64,000 nucleotides of DNA from an uncultured Lentisphaerota bacterium (GCA_903912445.1 CAIWHP010000110.1:15612-79611); one strand, 5' to 3'; counted from the stretch's first letter, positions 51,056 through 60,989 are shown. Notes: generated by a model from the sequence alone, not told the origin. A program made the numbers and translations.

Positions 51056-53269
51056 TCACGAGGCCACCTGCGTCACCGTCCCGTGTCCCCCCGCCATCAA
51101 CGCCCGCAACAGGTCGGAGATCTTGGCGAAATCCCTGGCCTTGTTGAGAAACGCATACGCGCCCGCGGCTTGGGCCCGCTTTTCATACTGGGGGTGCGGG
51201 TAGCTGGTGAAGACGATGACGGCCGTCGGGAGATGCTCGCTTTGGATCAGGCGGAGGACATTCAGTCCATTGCCGTCCGGGAGCCGCAGGTCCAACGTCA
51301 TCGCGTCGGGCTTGAGCTGCCGCAGGGCGCTGATCGCTTGCTCCGCCGTTTCCGCCTGGCCGACAATTTCGATGCCCTCCAGTTGCTGCAGTTGGGTCAC
51401 CAGGCGTTCGCGGATCAAGGCCGAATCATCCACGATCAGCACCCGCGCGCCTTTCTTGCCCGGCTGCCGCCGCTGGTTCACCAACAGGGTCGGTTCGTTG
51501 AACAGCGCCGGATCAGCGCCGGTACCGTCCGGGGGCTGTCTCCCCGCCAGCTGTGCTTGCAGGCTGTCGATCTTGGCCCACAGTTCGGCCTGGTTGCCGG
51601 CGCGGGTCATGGTCCCGAGTTCCGACAACCAAGCGGCCACTATATCGTGCGGGATCGGATGTTGCTGCGCCACCGACAGTCCGGCCTTGCGCTCGGTCAT
51701 GGGCGCCTGCTGCACATCGTACTCCCCCGCCCCGCCCCACAGATCGGCGGGCACATTCGGCGCCGTCACAACCCGGGCCAGTGTCTGGGCGCACAGCGCC
51801 ATCAACCGGGTGCGCTCCTCGTCCGGGAGGCTGTGGATGGAAAAAAGTATGACCCCGATGTCGTGTTGCTTGACCAGGGCCGGGATGTGGTCGCACTTCC
51901 CGAGCACCTTCACGCCGGCGATGCGCGTATTCGTTTTATTGAGATCATCATCAACAAAACCCGCGACGCGGAACGCCTTGCTGACCCGGCCGCTCCGCAG
52001 CCATAAGGCCATGACCTGACCGCACTCGCCGGCGCCCACGATCAGCACCCGTTCCTGCCCCAGACATGCCACGTCACGCCCCCTGATCCAGCGGCGGGCC
52101 AGGGTCTGGACGAGCCGGTTGCGATAGCGCACCGCCACAAAGCCGCCAAAGGCGATGGCTGCCGCCGTGAAGATCAACGGCGGCGGCAGCAACGGCTGCG
52201 GACCAAACCAGAAACCATTGGCCATCACCGCCGTCGCGGTCGTCACCAACAGGGCCGGGATCAGATCGAGCGCTTCCGTAAAACTGGCCCGCGACCAGGC
52301 CGTTGAATTCACCCCGATCATGACGCCCATCACGCTGTTCAACAAGGCCGCCCCGACGGCAATCCACACGGCGTGCCACAATCCCACATTTAGGACCACA
52401 AACGAGCGCCAGACCAGGCCCGTCACCGCCATGGAGAGCAGCATGACGACCGTATCGATCATGAACCAACTGGCGAAGCGCCGCATGAACAATTCAAAGG
52501 GCCCCAGGAAGAGGTTTTCTTCGCCCGGATTGGCCCGCAGACGGATCGGGAGGACCAGCAGGGTCCAGAAGAGCGTGTCCACGTCCATCAGCAGCGAGTG
52601 ATGCCGCACGTAGAGCTGGTCCAGCCGCAACTTGCTGGGCATGATCGAACCCATGTACAAGTCCATCAGCTTGCCCGACGTGAACAGTTTCTCTTCATCC
52701 CGGAAGAGCACGGAAGCCGGGCTGGTGATACCGGGGCGTACCGACAGGATCTCTTGCCGGACTTCCGGCGGCATGGCCTCGGCCAATTGCGCATCCTCGG
52801 GGCGCGGTCCCACAAAGCTCATGTCGCCGATCAACACATTCCACAACTGGGGCAGCTCGTTGAGTTTGGTGTCGCGCAGGCGGCGTCCAAGCGGCGTCAT
52901 GCGCTGGTCGTCATGCGCGGTGACGCGCGGCCCCGCATAACTTTCCGGACTTTCATACATGGTCCGGAACTTCAGGATGCCGAACACCTTCCCGCCCTTG
53001 CCCATGCGCGGCCCCCGGTAGAACACCGGACCGGGTGAATCCCGCTTGATCCGGATGGCGATGAGCAGGAAAAACGGCGCCAGCAGGACGAGCAACACCA
53101 CCGCGAGACAGACATCCAGCCCCCGCTTGACCGGGGTACCAATCCACGCATAGGGCCGCGGGCCTACCCGGGCCGCCGGGGCATCATGCTCCGATACCCG
53201 CATTTCCTGGTTCGTGAAAACCTTCAGGATGCGTGACCGCTGCTTGTGACTGGCAAATATGGTCGACAT
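51056..53269 (-). CDS. Polyprenyl-phosphate sugar-phosphate transferase (Bac_transf/PglC-like) + polytopic TM/Rossmann-like module + C-terminal receiver domain
   Basis: PGT core: KRGLDVCLAVVLLVLLAPFFLLIAIRIKRDSPGPVFYRGPRMGKGGKVFGILKFRTM...DDQRMTPLGRRLRDTKLNELPQLWNVLIGDMSFVGPRP. Then about 5 TM helices and VLIVGAGECGQ. C-terminus: VLIVDDSALIR...DAMTLDLRLPDGNG...FTSYPH...GAYAFLNK. The ATG at 53269 was chosen because the longer ORF overlaps the upstream gene. Confidence 0.85.
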   Translation of the reverse strand: MSTIFASHKQRSRILKVFTNQEMRVSEHDAPAARVGPRPYAWIGTPVKRGLDVCLAVVLLVLLAPFFLLIAIRIKRDSPGPVFYRGPRMGKGGKVFGILKFRTMYESPESYAGPRVTAHDDQRMTPLGRRLRDTKLNELPQLWNVLIGDMSFVGPRPEDAQLAEAMPPEVRQEILSVRPGITSPASVLFRDEEKLFTSGKLMDLYMGSIMPSKLRLDQLYVRHHSLLMDVDTLFWTLLVLPIRLRANPGEENLFLGPFELFMRRFASWFMIDTVVMLLSMAVTGLVWRSFVVLNVGLWHAVWIAVGAALLNSVMGVMIGVNSTAWSRASFTEALDLIPALLVTTATAVMANGFWFGPQPLLPPPLIFTAAAIAFGGFVAVRYRNRLVQTLARRWIRGRDVACLGQERVLIVGAGECGQVMALWLRSGRVSKAFRVAGFVDDDLNKTNTRIAGVKVLGKCDHIPALVKQHDIGVILFSIHSLPDEERTRLMALCAQTLARVVTAPNVPADLWGGAGEYDVQQAPMTERKAGLSVAQQHPIPHDIVAAWLSELGTMTRAGNQAELWAKIDSLQAQLAGRQPPDGTGADPALFNEPTLLVNQRRQPGKKGARVLIVDDSALIRERLVTQLQQLEGIEIVGQAETAEQAISALRQLKPDAMTLDLRLPDGNGLNVLRLIQSEHLPTAVIVFTSYPHPQYEKRAQAAGAYAFLNKARDFAKISDLLRALMAGGHGTVTQVAS

Positions 53270-53291
53270 GCTTAGCTCTCCCGTGCACGGT

Positions 53292-54467
53292 TCACGTGGA
53301 CGGCCCTTCTGCTTTCTGACCAGCTCCGCACGCCTCCAAGGCCCGACCCAGCACACGGCAGACCCGCTGGACTTCGTCCGGCGACATCGACGGGAAAAAC
53401 GGCAGGGTGAGTTCGCGGGTGGCGATATCTTCGGTCTGTTCCAAGGATACCCGCTCAGCGGCCGGAACGGCGCTGAACTGATGAGCGGGCGGATAATGGA
53501 TGCTGGACTGGATGCCTTCGTCCCGGAGCGCCTCCATGATGGCCTGGCGCCGCACGCCCCGCGGGAGGATGACCGGCATGATATGAAAGCCCACCCCCTC
53601 CACACCCCGGGCGGAGGCATCCGCGAAGGGCACCTGGAGCGGCAACCCCTGCAGACCGTCCACGTACTGCCGCCGCACCGCGCCACGGCGCGCCAGAAAC
53701 CCGTCCAGCTTGCCGAGTTGCGCCAGGGCCAGGCTGGCCCGGATCTCGTCGATCCTGAAATTCCAGCCCGTTTCGACGCAGTCATAGGACCAAGCGTGCC
53801 CTTCGTGCCGGTCGAGCGTCATGGCCGTCATCCCGTGGGAACGCAGCAGGCGCAGCTTGCGGGCGATGCTTGCATGATTGGTGACCACCAGCCCGCCCTC
53901 GCCGCAGGTCATGTTCTTGTTGGAGAAGAAACTGAAACAGCCGCAGGCGCCGAACGTGCCCAGCACCCGGCCCTCAAGCTGCGAAAAGAGCGCGTGTGCA
54001 CAGTCCTCAATGACAGCCACATGGTGCTTCGTGGCCAAGGCCATCAAGGCGCACATGTCCACCGGGAAGCCAGCATAGTGGACGGCCACAATCGCCTTGG
54101 TGCGCGGTGATATTTTCCGCTCCACATCCCGGACGTCCAAGGTCAGATCATGCGCGCCCACGATGTCACAGAACACGACCTTGGCCCCGCAGTAACGCGC
54201 CGCGTTGGCCGAGGCCACGAAGGTCAGGGCTGGCACGATCACTTCATCGCCCGGCCCCACCCCGTTGGCGAGCAGGGCCAGATGCAGCGCCGCCGTGCAG
54301 TTGGTCACGGCGATGGCCTCGCCCGCGCCGGTGCGCCGGCGGAAAGTATCCTCGAGTTCCGCGGTGATGGGCCCCATCGTCAGCCACTGCTGGCGCAACG
54401 GCCGCTGCACGGCCTCAAGTTCGTCCGGACCGAACTCGGGCTTGAAGAGTGGAATGGTCCAGTTCAT
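53292..54467 (-). CDS. DegT/DnrJ/EryC1/StrS-family sugar aminotransferase
   Basis: AIAVTNCTAALHLAL, VIVPALTFVASANA, AVHYAGFPVDM, FSFFSNKNMTCGEGG (PLP Lys). Confidence 0.9.
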   Translation of the reverse strand: MNWTIPLFKPEFGPDELEAVQRPLRQQWLTMGPITAELEDTFRRRTGAGEAIAVTNCTAALHLALLANGVGPGDEVIVPALTFVASANAARYCGAKVVFCDIVGAHDLTLDVRDVERKISPRTKAIVAVHYAGFPVDMCALMALATKHHVAVIEDCAHALFSQLEGRVLGTFGACGCFSFFSNKNMTCGEGGLVVTNHASIARKLRLLRSHGMTAMTLDRHEGHAWSYDCVETGWNFRIDEIRASLALAQLGKLDGFLARRGAVRRQYVDGLQGLPLQVPFADASARGVEGVGFHIMPVILPRGVRRQAIMEALRDEGIQSSIHYPPAHQFSAVPAAERVSLEQTEDIATRELTLPFFPSMSPDEVQRVCRVLGRALEACGAGQKAEGPST

Positions 54468-55241
54468 CTAGGCGAATCTCATGGGGTTGTTCTGGACGAT
54501 CGTCTGCGCCTTGGCATAGTCATCCGGGCGGCCGATATCCAGCCAGAAGCCGTCATGGCAATACGTCCCGACCTTCTCCCCGGAGTGGAGCAGCGTCTGC
54601 ACCAAATCGGGGAAATCGAGGTGTTGTCCGGGTGCAATGTGCTGGAGCACGCGGGCCTCGTACACATAGATCCCCATGCTGACGGTATAGGCGTGCACCG
54701 GTTTCTCGCGATAAGCCGTGACCGTGCCCTCGCCATCGGTGTCGATGATGCCAAGGTCGATCCGCTCCTCGCGTTTATAGGTCCCGATGGTCAAGGCGGC
54801 GCCGGAACGCTTGTGGGCGGCGAGCAGCAGGACCAGATCCACATCCGTGAGCAGGTCGCCATTCATCGCCAGGAATGTACCGGTCAAGCCCGGTACGCAG
54901 GCGAGGGAGCCGGCGGTGCCCGTCGGCGCCACCTCCTCAATGAAGTCGATTTTCAATCTCCGGTTCAATTCGGCATGCTGGCCGATGTAGGCCCGGATCA
55001 AGCTGGACAGGTGGCCCAACGCCAAGGTCACCCGGCAGCAGCCGGCATTGGCCAGCTGCGAAAGCAGGATATCCAGGATCGGCCGGTCGCCCAGCGGCAT
55101 CAGCGGCTTGGGAAAACAGACCGTGAACGGTTGCAACCTGACGCCCCGGCCCCCGGCCAGGATCACCGCCGGTATCAGGGACATGTCGCACGCGATGGAG
55201 GCGCGCGCTACTGGCGGAGTTGTTGTCAGCTGCATGATCAT
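54468..55241 (-). CDS. Sugar-1-phosphate nucleotidyltransferase
   Basis: AVILAGGRGVRLQPFTVCFPKPLMPLGDRPILD. Start may be the internal ATG at 55184. Confidence 0.85.
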   Translation of the reverse strand: MIMQLTTTPPVARASIACDMSLIPAVILAGGRGVRLQPFTVCFPKPLMPLGDRPILDILLSQLANAGCCRVTLALGHLSSLIRAYIGQHAELNRRLKIDFIEEVAPTGTAGSLACVPGLTGTFLAMNGDLLTDVDLVLLLAAHKRSGAALTIGTYKREERIDLGIIDTDGEGTVTAYREKPVHAYTVSMGIYVYEARVLQHIAPGQHLDFPDLVQTLLHSGEKVGTYCHDGFWLDIGRPDDYAKAQTIVQNNPMRFA

Positions 55242-55265
55242 GATGTTAAAAGTGCTGCGTGTTTC

Positions 55266-56261
55266 CTACACCGCATAGCGCGCTGCGTCGTAAAGTTCGG
55301 GGTGCTTCGCGATAAATTCCGCGGTCGCCCGGATACCATCTTCGAGCGCCGTCAAGGGTTCCCAGCCCAAGAGCCGCTGCGCCTTGGCGGGGTCGGCCTG
55401 CAAATGGACGACCTCGCTGTTCGCGGGCCGCACCCGGGCCGGATCTTCGCGGATCACCGCTTCCCGGCCCGTAACCTTCAGGCAGAGTTGCGCCAGTTCG
55501 CCGACACTCACGGCGCTGTTGGTGCCCAGATGGATGACTTGGCCTTCGATCCCTGGGGTTTCCAGCGCGAGGCGGAACCCGCGCGCCGTATCCTTCACAA
55601 ACACGAGATCCCGCTTCGGCGCCAGGCTCCCCAGGTGCAATTCCTGCGCACCCACGAGCAGTTGCGCCAAGATGGCCGGCAGCACAGCGCGCGCCGACTG
55701 GCGCGGACCGTAGGTGTTGAATGGACGCAGGGTGACCAGCGGAAGCCCGAAGGCTCTGAAATAACTTTCCCCGAGCTTGTCGCCGCCGATCTTGGAGGCG
55801 CTATAGGGCGACTGCGCGGACAGCGGATGCTCCTCGTCAATCGGCACCCGTTGGGCGCTGCCGTAGACTTCGCTGGTGGAGGTAATGACCACGCGCGCCG
55901 TGTCATTGGCCCGCGCCGCTTCCAAGATGTTGAGCACCCCCACGACGTTGGTCTCGATGTAAGACTGGGGGGCCGCGTAGGAGTAAGGGATGCCGATCAG
56001 GGCGGCGAGATGGAGGACCGCATCGCACCCTTGGACGAGCGACCGCATGAACACGCCGTCCCGGACGTCGCCGAAGACGATTTCCAGGCCGGCCTTGAGC
56101 CGGTCATCCAGCCACGCAAGGTGGCCCGTGCGCGACCCGCCGTTGTAGTGCACCAAGGCTCGCACCTCATAGCCCGCGGCCAGCAGCTCCTCGACCACAT
56201 GGCTGCCGATGAAGCCGCCGGCTCCAGTGACGAGGACCTTGTTCGTGACTTCAGGTTTCAT
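55266..56261 (-). CDS. NAD-dependent sugar epimerase/dehydratase (extended SDR)
   Basis: VLVTGAGGFIGSHVVEELL (GxxGxxG). YSASK catalytic motif. Confidence 0.9.
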   Translation of the reverse strand: MKPEVTNKVLVTGAGGFIGSHVVEELLAAGYEVRALVHYNGGSRTGHLAWLDDRLKAGLEIVFGDVRDGVFMRSLVQGCDAVLHLAALIGIPYSYAAPQSYIETNVVGVLNILEAARANDTARVVITSTSEVYGSAQRVPIDEEHPLSAQSPYSASKIGGDKLGESYFRAFGLPLVTLRPFNTYGPRQSARAVLPAILAQLLVGAQELHLGSLAPKRDLVFVKDTARGFRLALETPGIEGQVIHLGTNSAVSVGELAQLCLKVTGREAVIREDPARVRPANSEVVHLQADPAKAQRLLGWEPLTALEDGIRATAEFIAKHPELYDAARYAV

Positions 56262-56389
56262 AGTTCGACGGCCATTCGCGCCTTTCCTGCCACGGCCTGC
56301 ACCCTTACTGAACTACCACGGAGGCAGTTTAGGTCGCAGCGGGGAGGATGGACAGCGGGCCGTTTGTGATACGCGTGTAACGGTTCGAA

Positions 56390-57337
56390 CTACACGACCA
56401 AGAGGCTGGCCCGTTGCAGGGCGAGGGCTTCCGGCCACGACTGCTCCGCCAAGGGCTTGCGGCCTTCCAGCCAGAGCCGGACCAGCCCCTCGGCCTTGGC
56501 TAGCGCCGGGCGATCCGGGAAGTGCTCGTGGAGGCGCAGGAGGATGCGATGACTCGTCGCATTGAAGAGCGGTGCGACCCACGAATGGAAAGCGACACGC
56601 TGCCGCACCGGACGGGCGATATAGCCCATGCGGAACTTATATTCATCGACGCTCCCCGGTGCGTCGAGCGAGTGCAGGCCATAGAAGACCTCGGTGATCA
56701 ACGGGCGCGACAGGGCCGCCTGCGTCACAACGAACGACAGTGCGTTGTTGACGCCAAGCCGCATGCAAGCCGTGCGGCTTTGCTGATAGAGTATGCAGAA
56801 ATATTCGTCACAGGTGACGGCGATCAGGGAGCCGCACAGCAGTCCACTCGCGGCGTCGCGCGCGCCCCAACACTCCACGCCCGGCAGGCCTTCCGTGCTC
56901 AGGCAAAGTTGTTCCCACCAAGGTCTGCTCTCCGCGCGGATGCGTCCTTGCCGCTCCAGCGTTTCAGCTCGAACCGCCCAGCCCTCGGCCGCGAGATGCG
57001 CTGGTGTGATCGGCTCGACCCGAAAAGCACTGAGCCCTTTGCGCACGTCGTAGCGCGCCTTGCCGGACAGTTGTTCCAGGCTATAGGTTTTGTTGGCACA
57101 CACGACATGGTAACTGATCGCTCCCTCGCACGCTTCCGTAGATACTGAGAAGCGCACGCCGATCGCACGAAGCTCCCGAAGCACTGCGTGAAGTTCCCGC
57201 GGATCGAGGGCGAGCATGCGGTGGTAGGGAAAGGCTTGAAAAATGCGCGGGGCCAATTCCACCCAATAGCTGCCTGCGACTTGTTGCACACGCCGCCCTT
57301 GGCGCTGCAGCCACTCCGCCATGACCTCTGCATTCAT
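56390..57337 (-). CDS. FemAB/GNAT-like acyl- or aminoacyl-transferase (tentative)
   Basis: SGKARYDVRKGLSAFRVE and later NNALSFVV...EYKFRMGY resemble FemAB-type/BioF2-like acetyltransferases. Weak call. Confidence 0.35.
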   Translation of the reverse strand: MNAEVMAEWLQRQGRRVQQVAGSYWVELAPRIFQAFPYHRMLALDPRELHAVLRELRAIGVRFSVSTEACEGAISYHVVCANKTYSLEQLSGKARYDVRKGLSAFRVEPITPAHLAAEGWAVRAETLERQGRIRAESRPWWEQLCLSTEGLPGVECWGARDAASGLLCGSLIAVTCDEYFCILYQQSRTACMRLGVNNALSFVVTQAALSRPLITEVFYGLHSLDAPGSVDEYKFRMGYIARPVRQRVAFHSWVAPLFNATSHRILLRLHEHFPDRPALAKAEGLVRLWLEGRKPLAEQSWPEALALQRASLLVV

Positions 57338-57388
57338 CTTGATCTCTCTTCTTCGCAGTCCGTGCCGTACGCCACCCTCATCCGACGA

Positions 57389-58552
57389 TCACGGCCTCAA
57401 AGACGCCCGCACCCGTCCGCAGATCAGCCGCGCCTCTTCCAACGACAAACCGTGATACGTGGGCAGCCCCAGCAGGTGCCGCGAGGCATGGTCTGCGTGG
57501 GGAGTTGTGGGGACGCCATAACTCTCCCCGCAGGAATAGCGATACGTCCAACTTAGATCCACGCCCTGTCGCAGGAGAAAGCGGTAGCAGGCTTCCTTGC
57601 GTTCCACAAAAACCGGGAACTGCAGCCAGGCCGGCTCGGCGTCCGCCGGGACGGCGCACAGGCCAAGGCCAGCGCAGCCGGCCAGTTCCGCAGAGTAAAG
57701 CCGAGCCAATTCACGACGCGACGTCATGCTCTCAGAAAGGTCTACCAACTGCCTGGCGGCCAGCGCGGCAACAAAACCAGAACAGCTTGAAAACACAGGC
57801 GTCGGCAGGCCCGGCGCGGGGACGTTCTTCTGGTGCAGGGCAAACCTGTGCAACATGGAACCTAGTCTGCGGAGGACCGCATAGCTGCCCCGGTGCAGGG
57901 CCACCTGCCAGGCGCACGCTCTGGCGAAGTCCACCAGATTGCCCAAGGGGTTTACGTGGTGTACACGAAGGGCGGCGACCCGCTCAGCCAAGGTGTCATC
58001 ATGCAACACCAATACACCGCAGCGGCCGGCCGGCGTCACCTTGGTGAGGCCGAAGCTGAACACCGCCGCGTCGCCGAACGTGCCAACAGGTTGCCGAGCA
58101 TAGCGGGCTCCCAGAGCGGCCGCCGCGTCCTCCAGGATGAGGAGACCCTTGCTGCGGCAAAGCTCCAGGATCGGTCGGATATCGGACGGGATGCCGAATT
58201 GGTGCGTCAACAGGACAACGCGCGTATCCGGCGTAAGACTCGCCTCCAACGTTTCGCGGGACATATTCACGGAGCCGGAGCCAATGTCAACGAGCACAGG
58301 GTTCCAGCCGGCGCGGGTCACAGCTTCAGGAACGGCGATGCAGGTATAGGCGGGCACGGCCACGTCACCCCCGCCGCCCACCGCACGCAGGAAGCACTCG
58401 AGGGCACTTCGTCCGGAGGGGAAGAGGAACGCATGCCGCGAACCAAGCAGGGAAAGGATGCTTTGGCGCAGGCGCGATGGACCATGGCGGACGCCGCAGG
58501 CGGCCTCCATGATTCCTGAAAAGCCAGGGACCTTGCCGTACTTGGCGATCAT
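57389..58552 (-). CDS. DegT-like PLP-dependent aminotransferase
   Basis: HAFLFPSGRSALECFLRAVG, VAVPAYTCIAVPEAV, AVFSFGLTKVTPAG. Confidence 0.75.
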   Translation of the reverse strand: MIAKYGKVPGFSGIMEAACGVRHGPSRLRQSILSLLGSRHAFLFPSGRSALECFLRAVGGGGDVAVPAYTCIAVPEAVTRAGWNPVLVDIGSGSVNMSRETLEASLTPDTRVVLLTHQFGIPSDIRPILELCRSKGLLILEDAAAALGARYARQPVGTFGDAAVFSFGLTKVTPAGRCGVLVLHDDTLAERVAALRVHHVNPLGNLVDFARACAWQVALHRGSYAVLRRLGSMLHRFALHQKNVPAPGLPTPVFSSCSGFVAALAARQLVDLSESMTSRRELARLYSAELAGCAGLGLCAVPADAEPAWLQFPVFVERKEACYRFLLRQGVDLSWTYRYSCGESYGVPTTPHADHASRHLLGLPTYHGLSLEEARLICGRVRASLRP

Positions 58553-59820
58553 GCCCTACCCTTTTCGCATCCGATCGACTCAACATAGGCGGTCATCTCG
58601 CCATACACCTTGTCGGCCACAAACCGCTCCTCGAAGAGTTGCCGGGAGCGTAACCCCATGGCCGTCCGTTGATCCGGGTGGTCGGCCAGGTCGCACAGGA
58701 TGGAGGCCAGGCGGTCATCGTCGCCGCACTCGTAACTGGTGCCGGTGCGACGGGCCGCGAGCAATTCGCAGAGCACGCCGCGCGACGGGCTGGAGATGAC
58801 GGGCAAGCCGGCGCTGAAGTATTCGATGGCCTTGTTATTGATCGAGGCCAGAAAGTCGAAGCGATCCGGCAAAGGATCCAGGCCGGCCATCGAACGGCGC
58901 ATGAGCACGTACATTTGAGCAGCGTCCACCCAGCCCGTCCAGAGCACCTGATCGAGGTCGCGTGTCTGCGCGCGGTACTCCGCGAGCCGGTCACCGGTCC
59001 CGCACATCACAAACCGTATCGGCCGGCCCATGTCCCGGAGCCGCCGGGCGGCCCGAATCACGGTCGTCAGGTCGAGTTGGTGCCCGATGCCACCCAGAAA
59101 ACATACGGTCCGACTAGCTTCGGCGGCTGTGACGGCACGCGTATCCCAGAAGGCTTCAGCCTCACGCAACGCCTGTTCCGAGGGCGGGCCATCAGCGTAG
59201 CCGAAAGGGAAGCTTCGATCCCGCAGTGTCTTCACCCGCCCGCCGCGCCGGAGCGCCCACTCGACGAAGGCCTCGGTCATGCCTGTGGTCGCGCTTGCGT
59301 GGGCACAAGTCCAGCGCGCCATCCAGAACCATGGGCTCAACACGACGCGCAGCAGCGGCCGCAGATACGCCGGCACGTGGTCCATGAAGATGTCCGGCCA
59401 CATGTCCTTGACGTCCAAGATCACGGGCACATGGCGAGCCAAGCCATACCTTACCGCCGCGAAACTCAATTCGACGCTGGGGAAGCCGCTCAGGATGATG
59501 TCCGGTTGTTCCAGCCGCGCGCTGTGGTGCCTGAACCTGAACGCCACCAGGACGTAGTCCAGCAAGCGTTTCAAGGAGAGATTGCGGGCGTAGCCACACC
59601 CGCGCAGGGGCTGGATCAGCAGACCCGGGCTCACCACGAGCGGTTCCTCGGTCTCGACCACATAGCGCTTCTGGTAGTGGTCGAACGCCGAAGCCCACCA
59701 GGTCACCTCGTGCCCCGCCGCCGCCAGCCGCCGGGCCAGGATGCCGATCCGCCGCAACCGGCAAGCACGGTTGTCGCCCACCGGCAGAGATTCGCCCACC
59801 TCTAACAGCCATACTTTCAT
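58549..59820 (-). CDS. Glycosyltransferase, GT-B fold (GT4-like)
   Basis: Start MKVWLLEVGE with an ATGA overlap to the upstream gene. C-terminal INNKAIEYFSAGLPVISS is equivalent to the E(x7)E region. Confidence 0.75.
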   Translation of the reverse strand: MKVWLLEVGESLPVGDNRACRLRRIGILARRLAAAGHEVTWWASAFDHYQKRYVVETEEPLVVSPGLLIQPLRGCGYARNLSLKRLLDYVLVAFRFRHHSARLEQPDIILSGFPSVELSFAAVRYGLARHVPVILDVKDMWPDIFMDHVPAYLRPLLRVVLSPWFWMARWTCAHASATTGMTEAFVEWALRRGGRVKTLRDRSFPFGYADGPPSEQALREAEAFWDTRAVTAAEASRTVCFLGGIGHQLDLTTVIRAARRLRDMGRPIRFVMCGTGDRLAEYRAQTRDLDQVLWTGWVDAAQMYVLMRRSMAGLDPLPDRFDFLASINNKAIEYFSAGLPVISSPSRGVLCELLAARRTGTSYECGDDDRLASILCDLADHPDQRTAMGLRSRQLFEERFVADKVYGEMTAYVESIGCEKGRA

Positions 59821-60986
59821 GGGAGTACCCCTGACAGGTCGGCGCCTAACTCGGCACACATGCCGACCGTCCGTTCGAACCAAGTCCACCCGTCCCTTTG
59901 CTCAATCAGGGTCTCGGGGTGGAAGAGCAGCGATACGCACCCGCCCACTTCACGGGTTTGCTGCAGAACCGAGTGCAATTCCGCCAGTCGCGCAGCGGGC
60001 TCGCCGTCGCACAGGACGGTGTCCATGAACACGAGCGGCACCAACCGGAGGCTGGAGGTTCGGTGGTTCAAAAGATCGTAGGCCCGGTGCACATGGGCAC
60101 AACCGGTGCGAAACCCGACACGGGTACGGAAGCCCATGCTGAAATCATATTCGAGGCCCGCCGCCTCCATTTGGGCGGGGAGCCGTTCGGGGTCGAAGCG
60201 CAGGTAGTGGTTCCGGTGCGCACGAAGGGCGCAACCCAGAACCTGCTCGACCCGCTGCTTCTCTTCCGCATACGTGTTCCGCTCGCGCGCGTAGAAACTG
60301 CCATGCAGACCTATCGACATCCCCGCCTGCTGGACAAGCCGGACGATCTCCCGCGATGCGCGCCACCGGATATCCGTGCGGGTCGCGTACCGGCCCCTCC
60401 CGTACGGTCCCGCCATCATGAAATAGCACGCCCCCACGCCGTGTGCTTGCTCGTACTCCAACAGACGTTCCACATTCCGCACCAGTGCACGAGGCGAGCA
60501 GGTATCACGCAGCCCGAGGCAGGCCGAACGCCGCAGTCCGCCGGCTTTCAAGAACGAGTTCAGCAGGGCGGTCGGCTCGAACCCGGTCGTCCGGTCCACG
60601 TCGTGAGTCATAATCACCCGGAACCCGCCTGGGGCACCTGCCTTCCCCGCACGTTGAACGAGCGCCTGCGCGCGACGGTCAATCCACGGGACAGAAATAT
60701 CCCAAGCAAGCGCCCTCTCATCAAATCGTCCCAAGGCCTCTTTCCAGCCGGTCTGAAGTTCCCGTACAAGGCTGGCACTGTCGAAGATTGCGTCCAGTTC
60801 CGCTTGTGAAACCAGCGAATGCGCGCCAGTGGAAAGTCCCCCGGCCGGGAAACTGGAAGGCACCGGCCCCTGCCCAGCCGCCCCGAGCACTGCCACGCGG
60901 TCCAGGAGGAGGTCGGCCGCGTGGGAGCGGCGGGCGGAAAGCTGTTCGTTTTCAGTCATGTGCGATCTACTGGTGTTGCGCTCCAA
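59817..60986 (-). CDS. Polysaccharide deacetylase-like (CE4-like) protein (tentative)
   Basis: VIMTHDVDRTTG and later LHGSFY / HRNHYLRF metal-site-like motifs. Confidence 0.45.
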   Translation of the reverse strand: MERNTSRSHMTENEQLSARRSHAADLLLDRVAVLGAAGQGPVPSSFPAGGLSTGAHSLVSQAELDAIFDSASLVRELQTGWKEALGRFDERALAWDISVPWIDRRAQALVQRAGKAGAPGGFRVIMTHDVDRTTGFEPTALLNSFLKAGGLRRSACLGLRDTCSPRALVRNVERLLEYEQAHGVGACYFMMAGPYGRGRYATRTDIRWRASREIVRLVQQAGMSIGLHGSFYARERNTYAEEKQRVEQVLGCALRAHRNHYLRFDPERLPAQMEAAGLEYDFSMGFRTRVGFRTGCAHVHRAYDLLNHRTSSLRLVPLVFMDTVLCDGEPAARLAELHSVLQQTREVGGCVSLLFHPETLIEQRDGWTWFERTVGMCAELGADLSGVLP

Positions 60987-60989
60987 AAC

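Noticed and set aside
53270-53785. N-terminal 172-codon extension of the PGT-REC ORF (51056..53785).
   Set aside because: It overlaps the 3' end of the DegT aminotransferase gene by about 490 nt and has Arg/Ser/Cys/Trp-rich nonsense composition. The ATG at 53269 follows a GGGAGAG-like site and a 22-nt gap.
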